Below are positions 22,351-34,065 of a stretch of 37,351 bases of DNA, in pieces. Location of the stretch: NCBI RefSeq assembly GCF_001194135.2, contig NC_068998.1, positions 54,050,819-54,088,169 of the forward strand. The letters are read 5' to 3'. The position numbers were made by a program, and so were the translations under genes. Every line of letters starts with the position of its first letter. Positions within the stretch are counted from its first letter, which is position 1. The notes under the pieces were generated by a model. That model did no database searches. It saw only the letters and a list, made by a program, of their open reading frames with translations, and was not told the origin of the DNA. The stretch is from Octopus bimaculoides. Lineage: Eukaryota.

Positions 22351-24466
22351 AGACATCATACAAATAGTTACACATTTTTCTTTCTCGCACACACACACCC
22401 TAGTGTTTATAGAAGAGCTCCAAAACTCCATTAACATGTTTCTTAATTGCATATGCATAATTTGACGACATGATTAGTATTTTCCATATTTGCAATATAT
22501 AAAGAAAGACATTATACGCGTTTATTTCATCATTTTTTTATATTTATAATTTTGTAGTTGTTTAAAAAATAAGCAACAACGAACGATGCATTAGTTTGTT
22601 GAATGTGACGCACAGTGATGAGTTGTTTACAAATTCATTTTTTTAAAAAAACATCAACGGAAACGTTGTAGAAAGTGTCTCGTTTAGCAAAATACTTTTT
22701 CCATTTATATATATATATTTGGTTTCGTTTCTTATTTATTTATACGGGGCCTGTGTATGTGCAGAGCGGAGAAACTCTTCAATTAGTTGCACGCAAAAAT
22801 CATTGCATTTTGTGAAGAGGTTTTTCATTATTTTTTCGCTTTTTTTTTTTGTTTATTTGTCTTTGTAGTTTATGTAACATTGTTATTTCACTTTTAAACC
22901 CTTGATGATGGAAGGAAATTAATGATAGTACTAAAGGTTGAAACGTCACGTTGTAAAATGTTTAAATTTACGTAGAAAATGTTCCAGCACAATTTTCTAA
23001 TAATATAGGAAAAGCGTCTCTTCCTTTTAATTTAGCATCCATCCAAGGTGAGAAAAATCATTGCCGCTAACAACTTTTGTTGTACAGATAAACGACTCGT
23101 CAGTCGCCATTTTCCTCATCACTGACCAAGTCCATCATCCGATTTATGTCTGGTTGATTACCACTATTGAGGATATGCTTGTATTTGAAGAAGTTTTTAT
23201 CCTCTAACAACACTGAAGTTGTGTTCAATGCTGTTGGACAAATAACCATTTCTGCTGGGTTTTTCGATTTTTGTTTTGTTTTTGTTTTGGCAAATCATTG
23301 AACGGTTTCATTAAAAGTCTACAGTGTTTCCAAGAAAGCAACATTGCTCATAGCGAATATTATCCTTAAATTCTATAATACAACGGTCTTTGTGGTTAGC
23401 GTAAACTTTAAACTTTTCACTGACCTTTGTTACACAAACCCACACATACACACGCATGAAGACACATATACACACAGATATACACACATAAACACGCACA
23501 TACGCGCACACCAATGTAACTCTTACGTGTATATGTGTATGAATTATGTAAGGAACGTATATCTATGAATGTATAATGTAATGGATGTACGTGTGTAGGT
23601 ATTATATAATGGGTGTATGTGCATGTATGTAATATATTTATGTATGTACCAAATGAATGTATGAGTTTATGTATACATGTATGATGCAATAAATGTATGC
23701 GTGTGTGTATGAATGTACGTATTATGTAATGTATGTAGTTTCATTGCACTATATTTCTTTCTTTGCTTGATTTAAACCATTCTTATGTTCACCCGTTTGG
23801 AGCAACGACACAAACTTTATTCAGATTTTCCTTGTGTTTTTTGGATTTTTTTCATCAATTTGTTCTTTTTTTTTCTTTCTCTGTATTGATATTTGGTTCT
23901 GTCTGCTGTGTTCAATATTACGTTGTTGAAGATAATTTATTTTCTTATATTGATTGATTCTTTCTCAAACGTTCTCTTGTTATTATTTGTATTGATGAGT
24001 CGAACCGTGTTCGAAGTTATGGTACTTAATACTTACAGAGTTGAGATAAACATTGCAGAAGTATAGTACCAGCAATCCGCAACAATGCTATGGTTTAGAT
24101 CAGTGGCTCTCAAACACCTTTTTCTTTTATCAAAGGAGTCCTTTGGTTCCTAATTTATTCTACTGGACCTCCATAGCCATCTAATGTTTTTAAAACATCC
24201 CATGATATTTTTTTAATTAAATATCATTATGATTTGTATTTTAAAAAATGTTAAAATATTTTCTGCATAGGAGAGGTATAACCAATTTATTGCAGATAAA
24301 CAAAATCTTATATGGACCCCGGTTGAGAACGGTTTACTTCAACCACTGGAAATGTTTTTTCTTTTTTATTTACATCTGTAAAACTGTAACAACTCTTCCT
24401 ATTTCAATGTCGAAGACCCATATTAACCATTCAAAGATAAACAAAAACGGTTAACTTCACTTGCAG

Positions 24467-24648
24467 TGAAACTGTGTCAGTTTCCAGCTCACGGTTTGTG
24501 CAACGAAAAGTTTGACACCAAGCACTTAATGTTGAAGAGATATCAACAGCTTTTGTGCGTTTTTGAAAGATCAACAAGTTATGTTCCACATTACTCTTGT
24601 TTCACTTCTCACGATCTTCCACATCCTAAATGTGCCGCTGGGCCAACG
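24467..24648 (+). CDS. Candidate exon (182 nt), unknown product; may carry a signal-peptide start at ATG 24581
   Basis: Acceptor TTAACTTCACTTGCAG ends at 24466 and a consensus donor CG|GTAAGT starts at 24649. One frame is open throughout (KLCQFPAHGLCNEKFD..CAAGPT). Another gives MFHITLVSLLTIFHILNVPLGQR. No homolog recognised. Confidence 0.35.
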
Positions 24649-24752
24649 GTAAGTGAACTTAGAGGGGTCCTATGTCTGTTCGGGACTCTACAGGCACCTA
24701 ACACAATTCGCGATAGCATGCTACATAATGCCAAGTCATATATTTTCGTGAG

Positions 24753-24760
24753 TGACGTCA
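24753..24760. promoter_or_regulatory. Perfect CRE palindrome TGACGTCA
   Basis: Exact CREB/ATF consensus 105 nt past the candidate donor; function untested. Confidence 0.2.
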
Positions 24761-25011
24761 GACTGTAGCCTACGATCGACAGAACACGCAGAATCTCCCA
24801 ATTTGGTGCACGAATAAAACTACGGCGGGTTAGTTAAGACTGCATCACACTGGCTGCAGCCTACTGTAGATGATTGATCGGATACGTATCAAATAACACA
24901 TACACACACGGACAAAAGCGAAACACAGAAACAAAAATAACAGATATAGACACAGAGAGAGACAGAGACACACTAGTCAGGCAGTCACACGGTCACTAAG
25001 AAAGAAAGAGA

Positions 25012-25016
25012 TGGAC

Positions 25017-25050
<34 letters not shown>

Positions 25051-25052
25051 AT
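25012..25052. repeat. (GGAC/GGAT)n tetranucleotide repeat
   Basis: Direct reading. Confidence 0.9.
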
Positions 25053-25516
25053 GCATGGGTGAATGGTTGCATGAATGGATCACTAGCTTAATGGTTTATC
25101 CAAAACTTAATTTCACGTAGAATTATATATCGGATGTCTTTGATCTTCATCCAACCCAAAGTAGAAACAGTACACACTCATACACGCATGCATGTATATG
25201 CGTGCTGTGTGTTTGTGTGTTTCTGTGTATGTATGTGTGTGTGTATAGATACATACATATACATACATACATACATACATACATACATACATACATACAT
25301 GCGTATCTTTTACTGCATGACTACACGAAGGTGCCTGGATATGAATGCAGATAGATAGATAGATAGATAGAAACCCATACATTTTCATCCGATTTCTTCT
25401 ATATCATATACCTATATATTTGCTTGCATATATGAATATGTGTAAGTGTATGTATATACATACACAAACACACACATATATATCTGCCTATCTGTGTGTA
25501 TATATACCTATATATA

Positions 25517-25565
<49 letters not shown>

Positions 25566-27140
25566 NNNNNNNNNNNNNNNNNNNNNNNNNNNNNNNNNNN
25601 NNNNNNNNNNNNNNNNNNNNNNNNNNNNNNNNNNNNNNNNNNNNNNNNNNNNNNNNNNNNNNNNNNNNNNNNNNNNNNNNNNNNNNNNNNNNNNNNNNNN
25701 NNNNNNNNNNNNNNNNNNNNNNNNNNNNNNNNNNNNNNNNNNNNNNNNNNNNNNNNNNNNNNNNNNNNNNNNNNNNNNNNNNNNNNNNNNNNNNNNNNNN
25801 NNNNNNNNNNNNNNNNNNNNNNNNNNNNNNNNNNNNNNNNNNNNNNNNNNNNTATATATATGCATGTATTTATATATACATGTGTGTGTGTATATATATA
25901 TATGCATATATATATATATATATATATGTACATGTGTGCACGTGCTTCCGTCTCTGTGTGTGGGTGTTAGTCGTTATATATAACCTTAAACTAATACCAA
26001 CCCAATGTAACTAAACTTGCAAAAAAACGTAAAATCTAAAATAAGATAAAAAGAGAAAGAAAGTTAGTGAAGCTAGAGGGAAAACGTTTTGTAGGTTCGT
26101 TTCAGCTGTGTTGAACAGTGACGTATATTTGGAGAACTGGTTCTCTGCTATTTTAATTCAGGATTAATCTAAAAGCAATGCAATCTTTCTCCCTAGAACA
26201 ACAAAAACTAAGGATTTTTATCTTCGAGCCAGGCCAGATTCACACATAATTCCCGGAAATAAATTGATTCAGTATCGATTGGATACTTGCATAAGAAAAT
26301 ATTGCAAGACGAAACTTAATAGCATGTATTTTATATATGCATTATTTTTTGGTTGGTTAGGGAAAACATACTCGCCATAATATCTTACTTCTTATTTCTC
26401 CTTCTGTCTCTCCAAGACAATTATCAATGCATTTCACTGTCATATTCTCTACATTATTTAACCTCAGAGTAGCAAATTGGATAAGATACTCACACCGCTA
26501 CCATTTCCATCTTCACCACTTTGCATGTTTCCACTATTGACGTCCTCCCCTTTTCTCGTTTTTTTTTTTTTTTTTTTNNNNNNNNNNTTTTTTATTTTTG
26601 TTTCTTACGTTTGCTTGTTTTGTGTTTTTCTCTTCTCTAAATTGTAAATATATATATTGACGCTAATGTTTAATGTATGGTTCGCGTTCAAGACAATCGT
26701 ATTCCTTTACAGATGTTTCGTTGTTACTTCATTCGTTCAACATACATTTACACATTTACGTATCGTTCATATATTTTGGAGTTTTTGCCTGAATTCTATA
26801 GGATATGACTAGTGTATGTATGTGTGTATGTATATATGCATTTTCTACAGTGATTTTTTTCTTTTTCATATGAACAAACAAATCGGAACCTCCTCACAAC
26901 TTATCAAAATAAGTTTTCTTTATTTCTTAAATAAAAGAAAAGGAGATAGATAGATAGATACATATTAAAATATGTAAGCTTTGATCGTATTTTTGTTATT
27001 AAGTCTATTGATCTATTGTTTAATTGATATATTTACAGGTTGTGCCAGCATGACCCTAAATTTTGTATAATTAAACAAGTCATATGTTTTGTTTTAGTAT
27101 GTCTATAATATGCGCTCATGTATGTAGACATATATATCTT

Positions 27141-27211
<71 letters not shown>

Positions 27212-27483
27212 NNNNNNNNNNNNNNNNNNNNNNNNNNNNNNNNNNNNNNNNNNNNNNNNNNNNNNNNNNNNNNNNNNNNNNNNNNNNNNNNNNNNNNNNN
27301 NNNNNNNNNNNNNNNNNNNNNNNNNNNNNNNNNNNNNNNNNNNNNNNNNNNNNNNNNNNNNNNNNNNNNNNNNNNNNNNNNNNNNNNNNNNNNNNNNNNN
27401 NNNNNNNNNNNNNNNNNNNNNNNNNNNNNNNNNNNNNNNNNNNNNNNNNNNNNNNNNNNNNNNNNNNNNNNNNNNNNNNNNNN

Positions 27484-27532
<49 letters not shown>

Positions 27533-27587
27533 GTATGTGTGTATATACGTTCCTATATGTATAAATGTATAGCGATATATATAAAAT

Positions 27588-27800
27588 ATGATCGTACGAC
27601 ACAACACTTCTAACTAATGGATATTTCCTGTGATTCTAAACATCCATCAGTTTCTGACGTCTTTACAAATGTTATGCTTTCAACAAATACTAGGATTTCT
27701 ACATTTCTTCACAGTTTCACGGCTGTTGTCACCAGGTTTTAGAACGTTTTACCGCTCTTTTCTGATAGAATTTTTTTTATCTTCGAATATTTCCAGTTCG
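27588..27800. repeat. Interspersed repeat copy 1 (partner at 30421-30640)
   Basis: Shares ATGATCGT..CACTTCT.ACTAATGGATATTTCCTGTGA.TCTAAACATCC.TCA and GTTGTCACCAGGT..TTTTCTGA.AGA with copy 2, same orientation. Confidence 0.85.
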
Positions 27801-28075
27801 GTTGTACTCATTCTCTATTCCATATGTGTGTATGTGTGTATGAGTACTTGTATCCATATATATATAAATAAATGTACTTACATATATATATACACATGCA
27901 TACACATGTATATAAATATATGTATATGTGTGTGGTGTGTGTGTACATATAACCATACATATGTTAATGCATATCTATATATATATATACATATATATTT
28001 AAATATATATACATTTCAATGTGTTTATATATATATATATATATATATATATTTCAGTATGTACTTATGTATATG

Positions 28076-28129
<54 letters not shown>

Positions 28130-28699
28130 TGAATATTTGTATGGTGTATGATGGTATACATACTATTACAGCAGTGTTTCGAGAGGCTTCTCTTGTAGAA
28201 TGGAAATTTTAATTTCCCAATGTGTAACAGCTTTAAATATTCGATTATTCGTGTCATGCAAAAGTGTATAATCGTTTTTACTCCTATGTTCGGAACTGAA
28301 AAATCATCGAAATTGCATTTTAGAAATGGTTTTATCAATATATTTTATTTCAGCTGAGTGGTGGATTTCAAAATCAGCAAATCAACACAAAAAATGCCTT
28401 GTGATACTCACTGTTATGTTAGTCTTAACTCTGAGTTCGATTCGTTCCAAGAGGCAGTTAATCGTTCAGATTTGATAGAATAAATGCCATTATGGAACAG
28501 TTATGTCTTTTGTTAGTAAAATATATAACATCATAGCGATGAAAGAAGTCACTATTGCAAATCGGAAAGAATATATAGATGAAATGAACGACCATGTTTG
28601 ACCATCAACGATCAGTCCTTTCATCTTAGGTTCCTTCACTTCTGTAAACATGACGCATCTTCTATCGAATCAGCAATTCGTAGTTTTGAGATCGAAATC

Positions 28700-29530
28700 G
28701 CATTGCGGTATTTATTTATTTGTATTCTTCCAAAAGTTAACTTTCCTCTCGTAACAGGTTGCGTGGAAACTCCAAGTTTGGGGGATTGGAGTGGACTCGA
28801 TAAAATAAAATACCAGCAGAAAGCAAGTACTTGGATCGATGTAGTCCCCTTCTCCCTCATCTCTAAATTCCTGGTATTGTGCCAAACTTTGACTCCGTTG
28901 TTTAAAGCGCAAAATTCTTCGCACCCCATCATTTTGGAATATTCGAACAAGATCACTTTTACACTCTGTACCGTAACACTGTGCTATAGATTAAATCATT
29001 TCTTAATAACAAAGGCTACCTTTTAATTTTCGTATGAATCTCCAATCGATGGAATGTCCACATATTTTAAAGGATCTCCATTGCTTCATTTGCCTTCTTA
29101 AACCTTTCATTAAACTCCATTTCTAAAGATCCATCAATTTCTATTAAAGATCCAAGACAGTTAATTTTATTTCAGGCTCTTCTATACATCCATTCAATGT
29201 AACATGTCTTCTCCCCATCGGCTCGATGTCCATAATTCCAATTTTATTGCCGTTTATCTTTAAACCAATACCTTTCTCTATTTCATGACGTTTGTATCTC
29301 ATTCTTTGTATTTCTGATGTTTCGTTACTAAATAAAATAATATCATTAGCACGACCCTGAATACGAATAGGTTCTTCCTGTGAATGCATTCAATTCGTTC
29401 CATTCAGTCTCAAATGACGTCCTTCGTGCGATTGTTTATTACAACAGTAAAACGAGAGGCTTTAGAAAACATCCCTGCAGCACCCAACTGCAAACTTCAT
29501 AATCGTTTCGAGGACAACTGGACATGCATG
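28700..29530 (-). mobile_element. RTE-like non-LTR reverse transcriptase remnant, heavily decayed
   Basis: Minus strand gives VLQGCFL (GVxQGCxLSP motif), GRANDIILFSN (YADD-equivalent), GLKINGNKIGIM..VTLNGCIEE, then RRILRF and RGKLTFGRI, in the order expected for RTE-clade RT and its C-terminal region. Confidence 0.7.
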
Positions 29531-29574
29531 CTCGTAAAAGTAAATATGCCGTCAATGTCAATAGCAACTAGACA

Positions 29575-29715
29575 TCCTGAATTCAAATTCCGCCGAGAGA
29601 TGCGTTGTGTTCTTGAGCAAGACACTTCATTTCCCATTGCTTCAGTTAACTTAGCTGGCATGTATATTCACCCATCTAGATGGGAATATATATGCCACAG
29701 AATCTTGCCATGGGC
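29575..29715 (+). mobile_element. SINE head and central domain (family C)
   Basis: B-box-like GAATTCAAATTCC followed by TGTGTTCTTGAGCAAGACACTTCATTTC. Confidence 0.65.
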
Positions 29716-30039
29716 TCGTAAGGTAACCTGCTTTACGAGCCCATGACCGGAGAAGGAACTTCTGTGTGTGTGTGTACATATTGGGAAACTGTCAGAGAAC
29801 TCACTTCATTGTTACTCTGTATTTCACGCAGAGTTGTGTCGTTGCCTATTTTGAGATGGCTATTCTTCGTGGGGCTTCCGATGAAGTTAAAACCTTATTT
29901 TGCTGAGAGCTTGTCACTTCTCTTTGTGTATATATGTGCATACACACTTACGTACATACATGAACACATACATATATGTTTGTATGTATATAAATATATA
30001 CATACACATGCTACATTTGTATGTATATAGCTACATACA

Positions 30040-30290
30040 AAACAATGGATCAAAGGGCGTTTCCGAGCCATAGGCTCATAAAAGTGGTTTCTCAAATTTT
30101 GTTGTGTGTATATTCCCCGCGTCCTGGACGGGGCGCCAGTCACCGTAGTATTACTCACTTTTACCAGCTTAGTGGCCTGGAGCAACGAGAAATGAAGGTG
30201 TTTTGCTCAAGTTCCTAGTTCAGAAATCGAAACTACAATCTTGAGTGTAATAGCCGAAACACTAAGTCACACGTATTCACATGGCTACAT
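30040..30290 (-). mobile_element. SINE (family C) in antisense
   Basis: Minus strand reads ..GTAGTTTCGATTTC..CTTGAGCAAAACACCTTCATTTC..GTTGCTCCAGGCCACT..CTGGCGCCCCGTCCAGG. Confidence 0.75.
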
Positions 30291-30295
30291 ACATA

Positions 30296-30329
<34 letters not shown>

Positions 30330-30420
30330 ATGCATATATACATGTATCTCATTGTATGAGCATCTTTACGTAAGCATTATTGTGTATGAACATATAGTAA
30401 ATGTAGAGATGCGTATAGAA

Positions 30421-30640
30421 TATGATCGTTCGCCATTGCACTTCTGACTAATGGATATTTCCTGTGAATCTAAACATCCGTCAAATAGTTTTTGACGTCC
30501 TCACACACAGATGTTCGGTATCGAAGCAATATTAAGATTTTTTACATTTCATTCTCAACCGTTGTCACCAGGTCTTGTTATGTTTTACTACTGTTTTCTG
30601 ACAGATATTTTTAATGGACCAAATCCTGTTGTTATTTTGC
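30421..30640. repeat. Interspersed repeat copy 2 (partner at 27588-27800)
   Basis: See copy 1. Confidence 0.85.
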
Positions 30641-31899
30641 AGTTAGGATGAATTCATAGTCTTCTCTTGTCATATACATATACATATATTTATATATATA
30701 TATATGCATTTATTTTTATTTATATATATANNNNNNNNNNNNNNNNNNNNNNNNNNNNNNNNNNNNNNNNNNNNNNNNNNNNNNNNNNNNNNNNNNNNNN
30801 NNNNNNNNNNNNNNNNNNNNNNNNNNNNNNNNNNNNNNNNNNNNATATATTTATATATATATATGTATGTGTGAGTGTACGTGCTCGGTTAGTATAAACG
30901 TAAATGCATTATTCCTCTAACAGCAGAGTTTCAAGAGCCCTCTTGAATGAAACGGAATGGAACTTCGCACACTTTTAGCTGTGCTCTGAGCTATTAATAT
31001 AAACTTCTGCTTTTTTTGTTTTTCATTTTTTTTTTCAAAATGCATCAGGTATGTATGTTTTAAAATGAGTTTTGCAGATGGCGCTGTAAGTTTTGTTTAG
31101 AGCAATATAAAGCATATAACAGTTTTACTAAAACCCACGCCCCAATGAAAACAACACAATTCAAGACATCTATATTCAAATAAATGATATATTTTATCGG
31201 AAATGAATCGTGTGCCTGGAAACTAGTTAATTTCGTAAATCGGTAACCAGAACCATTAACTGCCAAAATAAATGAGAAATAGTGAATTTACACAAATTAT
31301 GTACACTCGAGTGAACAATGCCATTAGTAATGTAATCTACTGTAGTAATTCTACGAATAACTGGAGAGCGTGAAATGCTGTCACTTCAGTTAAATACTGA
31401 TTTTGCAGGAAAAAGAGTTAACTTCATTTAACGCTTCGAGAAGACACCCTTCATCAACAGAACTGTTACTCTACATGATGGATCGTAGTTTCTTATTTCA
31501 AGAATAAGCGTTTTTGCTCGAAACCTATAACGAAATATACTTCATTCTTCTTAAAGCTTGAGATATTCTGGATTTATCTTCTACGGTGGCGCAGCCATTA
31601 TTGCTCATAGTATAGACAGGACAAAATATCTTGAAAGTTTTGTTGTCACTTTCAGGCACAGAGAGATGAAAATGAAAGTACCTTGGTGCTTCGAGTGTAT
31701 CCATTCATCAGAAGAAAGAAGAAAAAGAACAAGAAGAAAAGAAAACAGTAAACTGTGTGAATAAGAAAAATCCATGTACAAATCTAACACTGTTAACGTA
31801 TTGGAAATCACTGGAAGTGAAACAAGAAGAGCGTTTCTAATACAAAATAATTGGAGTGAGGGAGAAAAGTTTGAATGTAATCTCTGTAAAAGCGTATAC

Positions 31900-32065
31900 A
31901 CATGGTTGTGTGGTTAAGAAGCTTGCTTTGCAATCGAGGGATTTCTGATCCAGTCCAACTGCGCGGCACTTTGAGCAAATGTTTTCCATTATAGCCCCGA
32001 ACTAACCAATGCTTTGTCAGTGAATTTGGTAGACAGCTGTGTAAAAACACATCATTCATATATAT
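31900..32065 (+). mobile_element. Family A SINE 5' half
   Basis: TGGTTGTGTGGTTAAGAAGCTTGCT..GATCCAGTCCAACTGCGCGGCACTTTGAGCAA..GAATTTGGTAGAC. Confidence 0.8.
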
Positions 32066-32744
32066 ATATATATATATAACTTTTAAAGAATGTAATTTTT
32101 TTATACTATAAAAAAAATTGTGCCATTCATTTATAAGTTTCACCGCATCTACACTTTCACAATACGGTTTATGACACTGAAGCTTTAATTTGTAAAATGG
32201 TGAGAATGCAAATGGTTACCAAGTCCAGCAGAATGTTATAAGCATCCTAAAAGATATGCGTAGGGGGAAATGTGAGATATATCAGAATGACAAGGAGAGA
32301 GGAAGGTTAAAGTAGGATAAATAGTTGAGGAAGCAGATTTAATCATGTAAGTATTTGAATGTGAATGTTTGTGTGGGGGTGTATAGGTGTGTGTAAGTGT
32401 GTTGAACGCTTAAAGTAGACCAACAAAATGTAGAGGCCCTAAATGGTAGAGGAATTCATTTTTTTTTTTTAATGATAAATGGTAAATATAGCTGGTTGGT
32501 AGCTTAATTTACATTTCGTAGCGTTAGTGTTTTATATGTCATCGTTTAAAAGGACAAAAGATAAAAAGAGGGGCAGAGAAAAAGGGAAAAAAAAAGATTC
32601 TATGTATTTTGCTTCAGGAATTAAGAAGAGTGGAATATGCTTAAAAGAATTTATTTGAAACGTGTGTGGGCGGGTGTATGTATATACTTTATATATATAT
32701 ATATATATATTGTACCGCATGCATATATCAATTTCATATAGGAA

Positions 32745-32758
32745 GATAGATAGATAGT

Positions 32759-32818
<60 letters not shown>
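32745..32818. repeat. (GATA)n microsatellite
   Basis: Direct reading. Confidence 0.97.
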
Positions 32819-32819
<1 letters not shown>

Positions 32820-33325
32820 TTGTGTGTATATATGTATGCATTTTATAAATCTTCCTTTAAACACGNNNNNNNNNNNNNNNNNNNNNNNNNNNNNNNNNNC
32901 CCCCCCCCCACCATTTAATTCCCAAAGCAAAATACTCGAAACTTTCCCAAATATCTTTTTTGTTTCATTTTTTTTCCATTTTTTTCTTTTATATTCTTTC
33001 CTGTCTCTTCTTTCTATAAAGCAAATAAATGTTTATATTAGAAACAAACCAGAAAATATATTTAACTACAAAACTGCTATATCTGTCAGATGATCTTTTT
33101 AAATAACTCCTCTTCCAATTCTGCTCTCTATCTTTCATTGACCGACATTACAAATCCAAAACTCTTACACAGACTCGTACACACACACACACAAACACGG
33201 ACCTTAAAATACACCTTCATACCTTTAATCCCCCTTCCTCACTTCTATGTTCCCCCTTTACTTTAAATCTCCCCTCCTGCTTTAATGTGTTTTTTTTTTT
33301 CCTTAAATCTCCTCTCCTACCTTTT

Positions 33326-34065
33326 GCCATAGAAACTATCAATCAAAAGGTATGTGCTAAAGCTGCCCGCGTAGCACGATATGAAAAACGTGTTAGTTTC
33401 TTCAAAGACAACAACATGTTCCCAAAAACTTTCTACAGATGTAGTTGACAACTTTAGATCTATTTCTTGCCTCCCTCTTATGAGGAAGCTTCTGAAAGCT
33501 GTCATTGCTGAATCAAAATATAAATATCTAGAGGAGACACTACGTGAAGAAGGAATGTAAGAGAAGAATCGGGTGTACTAAGGATGAATCGTTGACTGAT
33601 GAAGCAAACCTTGAAGGTTGTAAAAGGGGACACACAAACCTTGCCATGGCCTGGATCGATTACCGCAAGGCTTAGGACATGATGTCACACAACTGGATAG
33701 TGGAATGTTTGGAAATGTTTGGTGTTGCAGTTTCTGGTAAGCAGTATGGATGGTTGGAAGACTGAGCTGACATGTAGATGGACATGTGGAGTATTCCAGG
33801 GAGACAGTCTTTCGCCTTTGTTGTTTGTATTGTGTATGGTTCCACTTTCATAAGTGTTGAGAAGGGCAAAGCCTGGTTACGAGCGGGGAGGGGACGTGAG
33901 TTTAAGATAAATCACTTGATGTTCATAGCAGGCGTAAAACTGTTTCGGAGGTAAAACTGATAATATGGAAGGAATTATATTACCAGATGGGCAAATTGTG
34001 GAGGGAATTAACGACAACGGCTATAAGTACTTAAGCATCCTGGAAACAGACCAAATGCTGTATCG
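33326..34065 (+). mobile_element. R4/Dong-like reverse transcriptase remnant with multiple internal deletions, pseudogenised
   Basis: Successive frames give [28 protein letters not shown]; [16 protein letters not shown]; [45 protein letters not shown]; SMDGWKTEL; GVFQGDSLSPLLFVLCMVPLS*; KINHLMFIAGVKLF (catalytic DD lost); GIILPDGQ..GYKYLSILETD. Confidence 0.92.

Noticed and set aside
26118-26134. 17-mer GTGACGTATATTTGGAG repeated exactly at 34258-34274
   Set aside because: Flanks are unrelated; a rough estimate suggests one such match is not improbable in AT-rich DNA of this length.
31558-31900. FYGGAAIIAHS (like FADDAALxAHS) and FECNLCK, a possible second RTE remnant
   Set aside because: Catalytic residues are absent, intervening motifs are missing, and the Cys motif runs into a SINE head.
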